Source: an uncultured Rhodothermales bacterium
GTDB taxonomy: Bacteria > Bacteroidota > Rhodothermia > Rhodothermales > BA12
Assembly: GCA_965365535.1 (NCBI GenBank)
Contig: CBDUCD010000001.1
Coordinates: 1-57,842, forward strand
Reading direction: 5' to 3'
Length of the DNA stretch: 57,842 bases
This document shows, piece by piece, positions 30,239 through 40,600 of the stretch; positions within the stretch are counted from its first letter, which is position 1; each line of letters starts with the position of its first letter. The notes beneath the pieces are model-generated. The model was not told the DNA's origin and ran no database searches. It saw only the letters and a program-made list of their open reading frames with translations. The translations under genes and the position numbers were made by a program.

Positions 30239-31012
30239 ATGACGCCCGACGCCCTGCCAGAAGCCTACCGCCGCCACGCCCGCGCCCTGCTGCCGCGCGC
30301 CCACGTGCCGTATTCGGGCGCCCCCCGGGCCGTCGTGCTGGTGGACGCCGGGGGGCGGTGGCTGCCCGGCGTGCGCGTCGAGAACGCCTCGTTTTCGCTT
30401 ACCATCGGCGCGCTGCGCAACGCCCTCACGACCGCCGTGGCGACGGGCTTTGGCCCGCCCGTCGCCGCCCTCGCCACGGCGCCGTTTACGCCCGAGGAAG
30501 CTCTCGCCCTCGAAGAAGCCTGCCCCCACCTGGGCCTGCGCGGCGCCGACCTGTGGCAGGCCGACGCGGTGCTGCCCGCGCCCGCCGGGGTGTGGAGTCC
30601 GTTTCTGGACGCGCCGCCCCCTGCCACCCCTGCCGACGGCATCGCCCTGGCCGCGCGCATCGCGCAGCGCGCCGTCGTGCCCGCGTCGGACTTCCGGGTG
30701 GGCTGCGTGGTCGCCCTGGCCGACGGGCGCCTCGTGCCGGGCGTCAACGTGGAGACGCGCGACTGGGTGCAGACGCTGTGCGCCGAGCGCAACGCGCTCT
30801 CGACGCTGGTGAGCTACGGGCTGGGGCCTGCCCACGACCTCTTTCTCGCCTGCCTCGCCTGCGACTGCTCGCCGTGCGGGGCCTGCCGGCAGGTCATAAC
30901 GGAACTTGCCCCCGAAGGCCGGACTTGGATGGGCCGCTCCGGCACGCCCGTCTCGCTTACCCCCGAGGCCCTTTTGCCCGACCGGTTTTCCGGCCTGCCC
31001 CCCCGGCGCTGA
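30239..31012 (+). CDS. cdd: cytidine deaminase, two-domain form (degenerate N-terminal CDA fold + catalytic C-terminal CDA fold)
   Basis: C-terminal 257 codons of ORF 29876..31012, starting at ATG 30239. The C-terminal half has ..FRVGCVV....G....G.NVE......LCAERNAL........C..CSPCGACRQV (zinc ligands). The N-terminal half has the same fold pattern but reads LTIGALRNAL with no PCxxC. Confidence 0.8.
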   Translation: MTPDALPEAYRRHARALLPRAHVPYSGAPRAVVLVDAGGRWLPGVRVENASFSLTIGALRNALTTAVATGFGPPVAALATAPFTPEEALALEEACPHLGLRGADLWQADAVLPAPAGVWSPFLDAPPPATPADGIALAARIAQRAVVPASDFRVGCVVALADGRLVPGVNVETRDWVQTLCAERNALSTLVSYGLGPAHDLFLACLACDCSPCGACRQVITELAPEGRTWMGRSGTPVSLTPEALLPDRFSGLPPRR

Positions 31013-31021
31013 CCTTCCTTT

Positions 31022-31987
31022 ATGCTGCTGCAAGGCTTTCTCTTCGTTCTCGGCCTCGCCATTTTGTACTACGGTGCCGAGTGGCTCGTCAGGGGCGCGT
31101 CGGCCCTGGCGCTGCATTTCGGCATCCGCCCGCTTGTCGTCGGGCTGACGGTTGTGGCGCTGGGGACGAGTATGCCCGAGTTCGTGGTCAACTTTTTCGC
31201 CACGTTCTCCGACAACGACAGCCTGGCGCTGGGCAACATCGTCGGGTCGAACATCGCCAACATCGGCCTCATCCTGGGCCTGAGCGCGCTCGTGACGCCG
31301 ATTGCCGTGGCCAAGTCCACGCTGCGGCGCGAGTACCCGATGCTGCTGGGCGTGATGACGCTGTTCTACCTGCTCTCGCTCGACGGCACGCTGGGCCGGC
31401 TCGACGGCGCGCTGCTGGTGCTGGGCCTGACGGGTTTCCTGCTGTTCGTCATCCACGACACGCGCAAGACGGCCAGCCAGCGGGCGGCCAAGGAAGCCCT
31501 CGAAGACATGATTGCCGAGCCGACGACGGCGGTGCGCAAGCACGTGATATGGCTGGGCTTTGGCATCGTGTTTCTGGCCGTCGGGGCGCAGCTCATGGTC
31601 AACGCGGCCATCTTTTTCGCCAGCGCGCTGGGCATCAGCCCCATCATCATCGGCCTCACCATCGTGGCCATCGGGACAAGTCTGCCCGAGCTGGCGGCGT
31701 CTGTCGTGGGGGCGATGCGGGGCGAGGACGACCTGGCCTTTGGCAACGTCATCGGCAGCAACCTGCTCAACGTGATGTTTGTGATCGGGCTGCTGGCCCT
31801 CGTGCGCCCCATCAAGGTGCCCGCCGACGCGCTGATGGTTCACTTTCCCGTGATGCTGGTTTTCAGCATCGCCATTCTGCCGCTGGCGCGGTCGGGCTAC
31901 CGCCTTTCGCGTGTGGAGGGCGGGTTGCTGCTGACGGGCTTTGCGGGTTACATGGTGTACCTCACCCTGTCGGCGGGGCAGCCATGA
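31022..31987 (+). CDS. calcium/sodium antiporter (CaCA / YrbG family)
   Basis: 321 aa. Two alpha-repeats, GLTVVALGTSMPEF and GLTIVAIGTSLPEL, plus GNIVGSNI.N / GNVIGSNLLN. Confidence 0.9.
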   Translation: MLLQGFLFVLGLAILYYGAEWLVRGASALALHFGIRPLVVGLTVVALGTSMPEFVVNFFATFSDNDSLALGNIVGSNIANIGLILGLSALVTPIAVAKSTLRREYPMLLGVMTLFYLLSLDGTLGRLDGALLVLGLTGFLLFVIHDTRKTASQRAAKEALEDMIAEPTTAVRKHVIWLGFGIVFLAVGAQLMVNAAIFFASALGISPIIIGLTIVAIGTSLPELAASVVGAMRGEDDLAFGNVIGSNLLNVMFVIGLLALVRPIKVPADALMVHFPVMLVFSIAILPLARSGYRLSRVEGGLLLTGFAGYMVYLTLSAGQP

Positions 31988-33588
31988 TGCGCGGACTCGT
32001 GCTGCTTTTCCTGCTGGTGGAAGCGGCGCCCGCGCAGCCGCGCTACTGGATTTTTTTCGACGCGAAAGGCGGCGCAGAGGCCCCTGCCGTCCAGGCGGCG
32101 CCTGCCTCGCCCCGCGCCCTGTCGCGCCGGGCCTTGCGCGGCGCGGCCGGGGCCGACACGCTGCTGGCGCCCGTGCCGCCGGCGTACCTGTCCGCGTTGG
32201 AGGCGCTGGGCGTGCGCCCCGCCCGGGTAAGCCGCTGGCTCAACGCCGCCTCGGCGCCCCTCTCCGACGCGCAGCGCGAAGCCGTCCGGGCGCTGCCGTT
32301 CGTGCGGCGCGTGCAGCCCGTGGGCAGGATGGGCGCAGCGGCGGCCCGGCCCGCGCCCCCTCCGCCCCCTGGCCCCCGCGCCCTGCCCCTCGACTACGGC
32401 GCCTCGTACGGGCAGCTTGCCCGCATAGACGCCATCGCGCCGCTCGAGCGCGGCATCAACGGCGCGGGCGTGGTGCTGGGCTTTCTCGACACCGAGTTCG
32501 GCGGCTTTCAGCATCCGGCCTTTGAAAGGTTGCGCCGCGACGGGCGGCTGCTGGGGCAGCAGAACTTCACGCCCGCCGCGCAGTCCAGCCGGCACGGCCA
32601 GAACGTGGCCTCCATTGCCGCCGGCTACGCGCCCGGCGACCTCGTCGGGCCGGCGTGGGGCGCCTCCATTCTGGGCGCGACGACGGAGTTTGCGCCGACC
32701 GAGACAAACGCCGAGGAGGATGCTTTCGTGGCGGGCCTCGAATGGCTCGAAGGCGAGGGCGTGGACGTGGTGAACACGTCGCTGGGCTACACCACCTTCG
32801 ACGAGGGCCAGCGCTCGTACACGCCCGCCGACCTGGACGGCGACACGGGCGTCACGACGCGCGCCGCCGACGCCGCCGTGGCGCTGGGCGTGGTCGTGGT
32901 GGCGAGTGCGGGCAACGAGGGCTGCGACAGCCCCGCCCACTGCTGGTACTACATCGGCACGCCCGCCGACGGCGACGGGGTGATTGCCGTGGGCGCCGTG
33001 AACCCGGACTCCACGCGCGCCGGTTTTTCCTCCCTCGGCCCCACCGCCGACGGGCGCGTCAAGCCCGACGTGGCGGCGCAGGGCGTGCAGGTGCGCTTTG
33101 CCACGGGCGCGGCGCAGTACGCTTGGGGCAGCGGCACGTCGTTTTCCGCGCCGCTCGTGGCCGGCGTCGCCGCGCAGATGCTTCAGGCCAACCCCGGCCT
33201 GTCGCCTGCCGAGGTGCGCGCCCTGCTGCGGCAGACGGCCTCGCAGGCGGATGCGCCCGACACCAGCCTGGGATGGGGCATCGTGGACGCCGACGCCGCC
33301 GTCCGCGCCGCCGCGCTGCTGGGTGGGCGGGCCACGCCCGGCATCGCCGTCGTGGTGCTGCCCGACCCGGGCGGTCCGCGCCAGACGTTCGTCGTTCGCG
33401 GCGAGGCCGACAGGGCCACGCTCACCGTGTTCGACGCCCTCGGGCGGCGCGTGGCGACGCCTTTTGCGGGCACGCTTTCAGGCGTGACGCGCGTTTCCTT
33501 CGACGCCGACCTCCCCTCGGGCCTCTACCTGTTCGCCCTCACGACGGCGCAGGGCCGCGTGTCGGGGACGTTTTACCGCTTTCGCTGA
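31984..33588 (+). CDS. S8-family (subtilisin-like) serine peptidase with T9SS C-terminal sorting domain
   Basis: C-terminal 534 codons of ORF 30211..33588. The ATG at 31984 overlaps the antiporter stop (ATGA). Signal peptide. The triad contexts are GFLDTEF (D), SRHGQNVASIAAG (H) and GSGTSFSAPLVAG (S). CTD ...LTVFDALGRRV...LPSGLYLFALTT... Confidence 0.85.
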   Translation: MMRGLVLLFLLVEAAPAQPRYWIFFDAKGGAEAPAVQAAPASPRALSRRALRGAAGADTLLAPVPPAYLSALEALGVRPARVSRWLNAASAPLSDAQREAVRALPFVRRVQPVGRMGAAAARPAPPPPPGPRALPLDYGASYGQLARIDAIAPLERGINGAGVVLGFLDTEFGGFQHPAFERLRRDGRLLGQQNFTPAAQSSRHGQNVASIAAGYAPGDLVGPAWGASILGATTEFAPTETNAEEDAFVAGLEWLEGEGVDVVNTSLGYTTFDEGQRSYTPADLDGDTGVTTRAADAAVALGVVVVASAGNEGCDSPAHCWYYIGTPADGDGVIAVGAVNPDSTRAGFSSLGPTADGRVKPDVAAQGVQVRFATGAAQYAWGSGTSFSAPLVAGVAAQMLQANPGLSPAEVRALLRQTASQADAPDTSLGWGIVDADAAVRAAALLGGRATPGIAVVVLPDPGGPRQTFVVRGEADRATLTVFDALGRRVATPFAGTLSGVTRVSFDADLPSGLYLFALTTAQGRVSGTFYRFR

Positions 33589-33594
33589 GCCCGC

Positions 33595-35724
33595 GTGCAT
33601 TTCGCCCTTGCCCACCCGCTGCTGTTTTTCGCTGGCCTCGTGCTGGCCGGCGCGGCGGCGTGGTGGACGTACCGCGCCACCGTGCCCGCGCAGACGCCTG
33701 CCGCCCGCGCCACGCTTGTCGCGCTGCGCACCCTTACCCTCGCCCTCGTGCTGCTGCTTATCGCCGAACCCCTCGTGCGGGGCGTCGAGCGGCGCGACGA
33801 GCCCGCCGTGCTGGCCCTGCTGGTGGACGAAAGCCAGAGCATCGCCTTTCAGGACAGCCTGGCCGGCGGCCTGCTCCGCCCGGCCCTGGCGCGTTTTCTC
33901 GATCAGCTACCCGCGAACATCCACGTCGAGCGCTTCGGCTTTGCGGGCGAGGCGCGCCGGCTGGGCCCCGCCGACACCCTTGCCCTCACGGGCAGCCGCA
34001 CCAACCTGGCCCGCGCCCTCGAAACCGCGCGCGACGCCCTGGCCGGGCGCAACGTGCAGGGCATCGCCCTTTTTTCCGATGGCAACTACAACGCGGGCCG
34101 CAACCCCGTGTACCCCGCCGAGCGCGGCGGCGTGCCGGTTTTCGCCGTCGTCGTGGGCGACACGAGCAGGCTGCGCGACGTGCGGCTGCGGCGCGTCGAG
34201 GCCAACGAGGTCGTGTACGCCGGCGCCCTCGCGCCCGTCCGGGCGTGGGTGCAGGGGCTGGGCTACGGCGGCGCGCCCGTCGAGGTGGTGTTGCGGATGG
34301 GCGGCACCGTGCTGGCCCGCGCCCGCGCGCTGCTGCCCCCCGGCGGCGCCGAGGCGCCCGTCGAACTCGCGTTCACGCCCGGGGGCGCCGGCCCCGCCCG
34401 GCTGACGGTCGAGGTGTCGCGCCTGGAGGGCGAGGCCACGTACCGCAACAACGCGCAGACCGTGACGGTGCAGGTGCGCCCCGACCGCCGGCAGGTGGTG
34501 CTGCTGGGCGCCGCCCCCGAGCCCGACGTGGCAGCACTCCGGCAGGCCCTCGAATCCGACGCCAGCCTTGCCGTCACGGCGCGCGTGCAGCGGGCGCCGG
34601 GCAGCTTTTACGAAGGCGACCTGCCGCGCCTCGACACCGCCGACGTGATCGTGCTGGCGGGCTTTCCCGGCGCCGCTGCCGACGCCGCCACGCTGGCGCG
34701 CATCCGCGCTGCCGCCGAGGGGGGCGTGGGGATTGCCTTTTTCGCTACCGCCCGCACCGACTACGCCATGCTGTCCCGGCTGGCGGGCGTGCTGCCGGCC
34801 ACCCCGGCAGGCGTGCCCGGCAGCTTTTCCGAGGCGTTTCTCCAGCCCACGCCCGCCGGCAGCGTCCACCCCATTTTCGACATCCCGCAGGCGCCGCCCC
34901 TTGCCGCCCGCCGCCTGCCGCCCCTTTTCAGCCCCGACGCGCGCTGGACCGTCGCGCCCGGCGCCCGCGTGCTGGCCACCGCCGAGGTGCGGGGCGTCAG
35001 CCTGCCCACGCCCGTCTTCCTGGTCGAGAGCCTGCCGCGCCGCCGCGCCGCCATGCTGCTGGGCGCCGGCACGTGGCGCTGGAACACCCTCCCGCGCGAC
35101 CTGGAAGACGCCGCGCCGTTCTGGCCCGCCTTTGTCGCAAACGTCGCGCGCTGGGTAGCCACGCCCGACGACGCCCGGCGCGTGCGCGTGGCGCCCACCG
35201 AACCCGTCTTCGACGGCAGCGAGACGGTGCGCTTTTCCGGGCAGGTGTACGACGAGAGCTTGCAGCCCGTCGAAAACGCCCGCGTGGGCGTGACGGTCAC
35301 CGACAGCGCCGGGCGCGAGTATCCGTTCGTGATGGAAGGCGCGGGCAACGGGCGCTACCGCCTCGACGCGGGCGTGCTGCCGCCCGGCGACTACCGCTTT
35401 GCCGCCCGCGCCACGCGCGCCGACCTGGTGCTGGGCAGCGACGCGGGCCTCTTCAACGTGGGCTCGCCCGCCCTCGAGTACCAGGAACCGCGTGCCGACT
35501 ACCGATTAATGCAGGGCCTTGCCCAGCGCACCGGAGGCCGCACCACCCGTCTTGACAGCCTCGACGCGCTGGCCCGCCACATCGCCCGCCTTCCCAACTT
35601 TTCGCCGACCGTCGTTTCGACGCCCACCCAGCGCCCCCTCCACGACTACTGGCCCCTGCTGGTACTCATCGTGGTGCTGCTTTCCGCCGAGTGGGTGCTG
35701 CGCAAACGCGGCGGCCTCGCCTGA
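33595..35724 (+). CDS. BatA-N-terminal-type membrane protein with vWA-like and amidotransferase-like (DUF1355-type) regions
   Basis: 709 aa with a GTG start. N-terminal double TM (HPLLFFAGLVLAGAAAWWTY...LRTLTLALVLLLIAEP), then ..LALLVDESQSI.. (vWA MIDAS-like start), and a C-terminal TM anchor ...YWPLLVLIVVLLSAEWVLRKR. The family assignment is by pattern only. Confidence 0.6.
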   Translation: MHFALAHPLLFFAGLVLAGAAAWWTYRATVPAQTPAARATLVALRTLTLALVLLLIAEPLVRGVERRDEPAVLALLVDESQSIAFQDSLAGGLLRPALARFLDQLPANIHVERFGFAGEARRLGPADTLALTGSRTNLARALETARDALAGRNVQGIALFSDGNYNAGRNPVYPAERGGVPVFAVVVGDTSRLRDVRLRRVEANEVVYAGALAPVRAWVQGLGYGGAPVEVVLRMGGTVLARARALLPPGGAEAPVELAFTPGGAGPARLTVEVSRLEGEATYRNNAQTVTVQVRPDRRQVVLLGAAPEPDVAALRQALESDASLAVTARVQRAPGSFYEGDLPRLDTADVIVLAGFPGAAADAATLARIRAAAEGGVGIAFFATARTDYAMLSRLAGVLPATPAGVPGSFSEAFLQPTPAGSVHPIFDIPQAPPLAARRLPPLFSPDARWTVAPGARVLATAEVRGVSLPTPVFLVESLPRRRAAMLLGAGTWRWNTLPRDLEDAAPFWPAFVANVARWVATPDDARRVRVAPTEPVFDGSETVRFSGQVYDESLQPVENARVGVTVTDSAGREYPFVMEGAGNGRYRLDAGVLPPGDYRFAARATRADLVLGSDAGLFNVGSPALEYQEPRADYRLMQGLAQRTGGRTTRLDSLDALARHIARLPNFSPTVVSTPTQRPLHDYWPLLVLIVVLLSAEWVLRKRGGLA

Positions 35725-35729
35725 CCCCC

Positions 35730-36440
35730 ATGCTCGACGCCGACCGCGCCCTGCTCGCCTTTGTGCGCGAGGAAACCTGCGTGCCTTTCCAACCGCTCGT
35801 GCAGTTTGCCGAGCCGCTTTTCGAGGCGTATGGCGTTGACGCGGGCCGCGCCCACGCCCTCGTGGCCGCCCCCGGCGGCGACGAGGCGCCCGAGGAGCTG
35901 CTGCTCGTCCTCGAAACCGCCCGCCTCCTGTGGGCCTACTTCGCCCTCGAAGGCGACGCCTTCTGCACCGCGCTGCCCGCCATCGAAAGGGCGCTGCTCC
36001 AGGGCGACGTGGGCGAGCGCGAGCGCGTGGCCCTCCACCTCTTGCTGGCGCGCCTGGAAGACGGATGGCACAGCCTCGAAGGCCACCGCCTGCCCGTCGG
36101 CGATGGGGTGCCGCCCGTTTTCGAGGCCCTGCTGGCCCGCTACGGCCAGCTTTTCCCGCCCGAAGCCGAGGCCGACGCCGCCGACGCCGACGTGCTGGCG
36201 CTTTTCGCCCAGCCCCTGCTCGACGAGCCCGGCCTGACCGACGACCCCGACGCCTTCGACCGGCAGATGGAACTGGCCCACGCCCTCTACGAACTCGCCC
36301 GCGCCCCCGCCGCCGAGCACGACGCCCTGCTGGCCCGCACCGCCCGCCGCTTTCCCGAATACCGCGACCGCCTGCCCGGGCTGGCAAAAGAGATGACGGC
36401 GCGTTACCATGCGTTATTCTCGTCCCGTTCTCCCGCATGA
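35730..36440 (+). CDS. hypothetical acidic protein
   Basis: ORF 35691..36440. The start was moved to ATG 35730, 6 nt after the upstream stop. 236 aa, Ala/Leu/Asp/Glu-rich and predicted helical. No family recognised. Coding status rests on its tight operon position and the ATGA coupling to the next gene. Confidence 0.5.
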   Translation: MLDADRALLAFVREETCVPFQPLVQFAEPLFEAYGVDAGRAHALVAAPGGDEAPEELLLVLETARLLWAYFALEGDAFCTALPAIERALLQGDVGERERVALHLLLARLEDGWHSLEGHRLPVGDGVPPVFEALLARYGQLFPPEAEADAADADVLALFAQPLLDEPGLTDDPDAFDRQMELAHALYELARAPAAEHDALLARTARRFPEYRDRLPGLAKEMTARYHALFSSRSPA

Positions 36441-37624
36441 CCGAACTCGCCGCGCCCCTTCTCGACGCCGACCTCGACCTCGGCGCCCAGCTTGTCGCCA
36501 TCCGCCGCCACCTCCACGCCCACCCCGAGCTGGGCTTCGAGGAGTTCGAAACCGCCGACTTTATCGCCGGCACGCTGGCCGCCTGGGGGCTGGCGCCCCA
36601 CCGCATCGCCACGACGGGCGTTTTCGTGGACATCGCCGGCGACCACCCCGGCCCCCTGCTGGGCTACCGCGCCGACATTGACGCGCTTCCCATCGAAGAC
36701 GCCAAGGTAGATGTGCCCTACCGCTCGACGCGCGCGGGCGTGGCGCACCTGTGCGGCCACGACGCCCACACCGCCATCGGGCTGGGCGTGGCGCGCCTGC
36801 TGGCCGGCAGCCGCGACAGGCTGCGCGGGACGGTGCGCGTCTTTTTCCAGCCCAACGAGGAAGGCACCCCCTCGGGCGCGCCCCTCATGATCGAAGGCGG
36901 CGTCCTCGACGGGATGCAGGCCGTCTATGGCATCCACGTGGACCCGACGCTCGAGGTGGGGCGCTACGGCCTCATCAAAGGCCCCGTGACGGCTTCCGCC
37001 GACCGCTTCGACATCACGGTGCGCGGGCCGGCCACGGGCCACTCCGCCCGCCCCCACGCGACGGTAGATACCGTGTGGGTTTCGACGATGCTGGCCGCCC
37101 ACCTCTACACGCTTTCGGGCCGCATCACGGATGCGCGGCGGCCCAGCGTGCTGACGATCTGCCGCTACCACGCCGGCGACGCCTACAACGTCATCCCCCG
37201 CGAAACCGGCTTTGGCGGCACGCTGCGCTGCGTGGACGCGCCCACGCGGCGGCAGATGCAGGACGCCTGCCGCGCCGCCGCCCGCGCCTTTGCCGCCATG
37301 CACGACTGCCACGTCGCCTGCGACTTCCACAACGGCGCCCCGCCCGTCGTCAACGACGCCGCGCTCGTGGACCACGTCGAGGCCACCATCCGCGCGCGGC
37401 GCGGCGACGAGGCCGTTTTTCACTACGAGCTGCCCAGCATGGGCGCCGAGGACTTCGCCTTTTACACCGAGCGCATCCCCGGCGCCTTTGTGCGCGTGGG
37501 CACCCGCAGCAGCGAGCGCACCTCGCACCCCGTCCACGCCGCCCTTTTCGACCTGGACGAGGCCGCGCTCGAACCCGCGGCCCGCCTCATGGCCGACGTG
37601 CTGCTGCTCCAACCCGACCTCTGA
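36437..37624 (+). CDS. M20D-family amidohydrolase (N-acyl-L-amino-acid amidohydrolase / hippurate hydrolase-like)
   Basis: C-terminal 395 codons of ORF 35930..37624. The ATG at 36437 overlaps the upstream stop. ..IRRHLHAHPELGFEEFETA.FI...L......YRADIDALP..E......Y.S...GV.HLCGHDAHTA...G.A..L....FQP.EEG..GA..MI..G... Confidence 0.88.
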   Translation: MTELAAPLLDADLDLGAQLVAIRRHLHAHPELGFEEFETADFIAGTLAAWGLAPHRIATTGVFVDIAGDHPGPLLGYRADIDALPIEDAKVDVPYRSTRAGVAHLCGHDAHTAIGLGVARLLAGSRDRLRGTVRVFFQPNEEGTPSGAPLMIEGGVLDGMQAVYGIHVDPTLEVGRYGLIKGPVTASADRFDITVRGPATGHSARPHATVDTVWVSTMLAAHLYTLSGRITDARRPSVLTICRYHAGDAYNVIPRETGFGGTLRCVDAPTRRQMQDACRAAARAFAAMHDCHVACDFHNGAPPVVNDAALVDHVEATIRARRGDEAVFHYELPSMGAEDFAFYTERIPGAFVRVGTRSSERTSHPVHAALFDLDEAALEPAARLMADVLLLQPDL

Positions 37625-37626
37625 CG

Positions 37627-40600
37627 ATGCGCGCCGCGCTGCTCTCCCTCGCGCTGCTGCTGCCCCTCACCGCCCACGCGCAGGTCGCGGACGGTTTCGA
37701 GGACGGCGACTTTTCCCGCAACCCCGCGTGGTCGGGCGATGAGGACCGCTGGCGCGTGGCCGCGCGCGACGACGGCTTCTGGCTCGGCACCGACGGGCTG
37801 GCACAGAGCGACACGCTCCGGCTCGCCACGCCCTCGGCGGTCAGCTACGGCACGTGGCGCTTCCTTTTCGCCTTTGAGGGCGTCAATCTCAGCACCGCGA
37901 ACGGCGCCCGCATCTACCTCTTCGCCGACGCTGCCGACGTGGGCGGCGACGCGCGCGGCTATTTCGTGCAGATGGGCACCAACAACACCGACGAGGTGCG
38001 CCTCTACCGGCAGGACGGCCCGCCGGGCGTGGCCGCCAACCGCGTCGAGCTGGGCCGCAGCGCCGCGCTCGCGGGCGGCGACGCGGGCACCCTCGCCGTC
38101 GAAGTCGCCCGCAGCGCCGAGGGCGTGTGGACGGTAACGGTGGACGGCGCCCCGGCCTTTACCGCGACAGACGCCCGATATGCCACGGCCACGCACTTCG
38201 GCCTGTGGGTCAAACATTCCAGCACCGCCGGGCAAGCGTTTTTCTTCGACGACATCGCTGCCCAGGGCACCGCGGCCCCGCCCGACCTGGTGCCGCCCGC
38301 CGTCACCGGCGCCATTTACGACCCGGCGCTGCCCGGCTTTGCCGTTGACTTTTCCGAACCCCTCGACGCCGCCACGGTCGCGGCGGCGCGCTTCAGCCCG
38401 TCGGCAGGGCGGGTTGCCGCCGTGCTGCTGCTGGACGGCAGTCGCCGCGTGCAGGCGCGGCTCGACGCGCCCCTCGCCACGGGCCTTTACACCCTCGGCA
38501 TCCGGGGCCTCGCCGACCGGGCGGGCAACGCGATGCGCGACACGACGCTGACGTTCACCGTCGTCCGCGACACGGTTCCGCCCCTTCTGGTCGAGGCCGC
38601 CGCCAGCGGGCTTTCGCGCCTTTTCGCGCGCTTCAGCGAAAGCGTCGTAAACGCCTGCGACGCCGGGATTTACGCCATCACCCCCGGCAGCATTCCGGTC
38701 GCCGGCACGACGTGCGCGCCCGGCACGGAAACCGACACGCTCGGGCTCAGGCTTGGCAGTCCGCTCGCGCCCGGCCTCTTTTACACCCTCGAAGCGCGCG
38801 GCGCCCGGGACGCGGCGGGCAACGTTTCGACTTTCACCACGGCGACGTTTGCCCTGCCTGCCGCGCCCGCTCCCCGCAGCCTCGTCGTCAACGAAATCGC
38901 GTTTGCGCCGCCCCCGGGCGTGCCCGAGTACGTCGAGGTGTTCAACCGCAGCGCGGCCCCGCTCGACCTGTCGCAGTTCACCTTCGAGGACGCCGGCGGC
39001 CTGCCCCGCCCCGTTTCGGCGCGTCCTCACCCCCTCGCCCCCGGCGCTTTTGCCACGCTCACCCGCGACTCGAGCGCGCTGCGCGCCGCGTTTCCGGGCA
39101 CCGCCAGCCTGCAAATCGCGGGATGGCCGACGCTCAACAACGACGGCGACGCGGTTGTGCTGCGCGCCGGCGGCGTGGCGATAGACTCCGTCGCCTTTAC
39201 GCCCGCGTGGGGCGGCGCGGGCGCCTCGCTCGAACGCCGCGACCCCGACGGCCCCTCGTTTTTCCCCGCCAACTTCGGCACCACGACGGACGCGCGCGGC
39301 GGCACGCCGGGACAGGTCAACAGCCTGTTCGCGCCCGACCTCGCGGCGCCGCGCGTGGTGGACGCCCAGGAAACCGCGCCCGGCGAAGCTGCCGTCATTT
39401 TCGACGAACCCCTCGACCCGGCCTCGGTCACGCCCGACCATTTCGCCCTCGACGGCGCCGCGCTGCAAAGGGTGCAGATGGACGACGCCAGCGGGGTGCG
39501 CCTGTTTTTCGACCCGTCGCAGCGCCCGCTCCTCCTCACCACGCGCGCGCTGCGGGATTTCAAGGGCAACGTTTCCGCCGAGGCCGTGGCGCCCGTCGCC
39601 ACGATTCCCGGCGCGGGCGAACTCGTCGTCAACGAAATTCTGTACGCGCCCCTCGCCGACCCGTCCGATGGCCGCCCCGACCAGCCCGAGTACGTCGAAC
39701 TGCTCAACACGACGGGCCGGACGCTGGCGCTGCGGGGCGTCGGGATTGCCGGGGCGCCCGACGAAAACGGCCAGGCCGACACCCTGCGGCTGCCGCCCGA
39801 CGTGGCGCCCCTCGCCCCCGGCGGCTTCGCCGTTCTCTACGACGCCGACGCGACGGACGGCGACCCGGCAACGGCGTCGCGGCTGGCGCTCGCGTTTCCC
39901 TCCCGCGACTTTACCCGGCCCGGCACCAGGCTCGTGCCCCTGGCGTCGGTGACGGCGGGTGGACTGTCCAACAGCGGCGAGCTGCTCCACCTCGTCGCGC
40001 GCGGCGTCACGCTCGACAGCGTGGCGTACCGGCCCGCGTGGCAGGACGCGGGGCTGGCGACGGCGACGGGCATCGCCCTCGAACGGATCGACGCGGACGC
40101 GCCGGGCAGCAGCAGCGCTAGCTGGGCCAGTAGCGCCGATGTCGAGGGCGGCACGCCCGGCGCCCCCAACAGCGTCGCGCCCGACCCCGACGCCCTTCCG
40201 CCCGTCGCGGGCGACCTGGCCGTCAACGAAATCATGTACCAGCCCGTCGCCCTCGCCGACGACGGGCGGCCCGACCAGGCCGAGTACGTCGAACTCGTCA
40301 ACCGCAGCGGCCACCCTCTCGACCTCAACGGCCTGCTGCTGCTGGGCGCGCCCGACGAAAACGGGAAGGTGGACAGCGTCCGCCTCGTGTTCCGCCCGAC
40401 GGTTCTCGCGCCCGGCGGCTTTGCCGTCTTCTTCCGCACGAGTGGCGCGTATGCCGACGCCCCCGACCCCCGCGCGCGCTTTGTCGAGGCGTTTCCGGGT
40501 GCGGCAGGCGCCGTGCTCGTGCCGCAGCGCCTCGCGGGCTTCTCGCTGCCCGACGGCGGGCGCCTGCTGCGGATGGTCGGCGCCGGGGGCGCGCCCCTCG

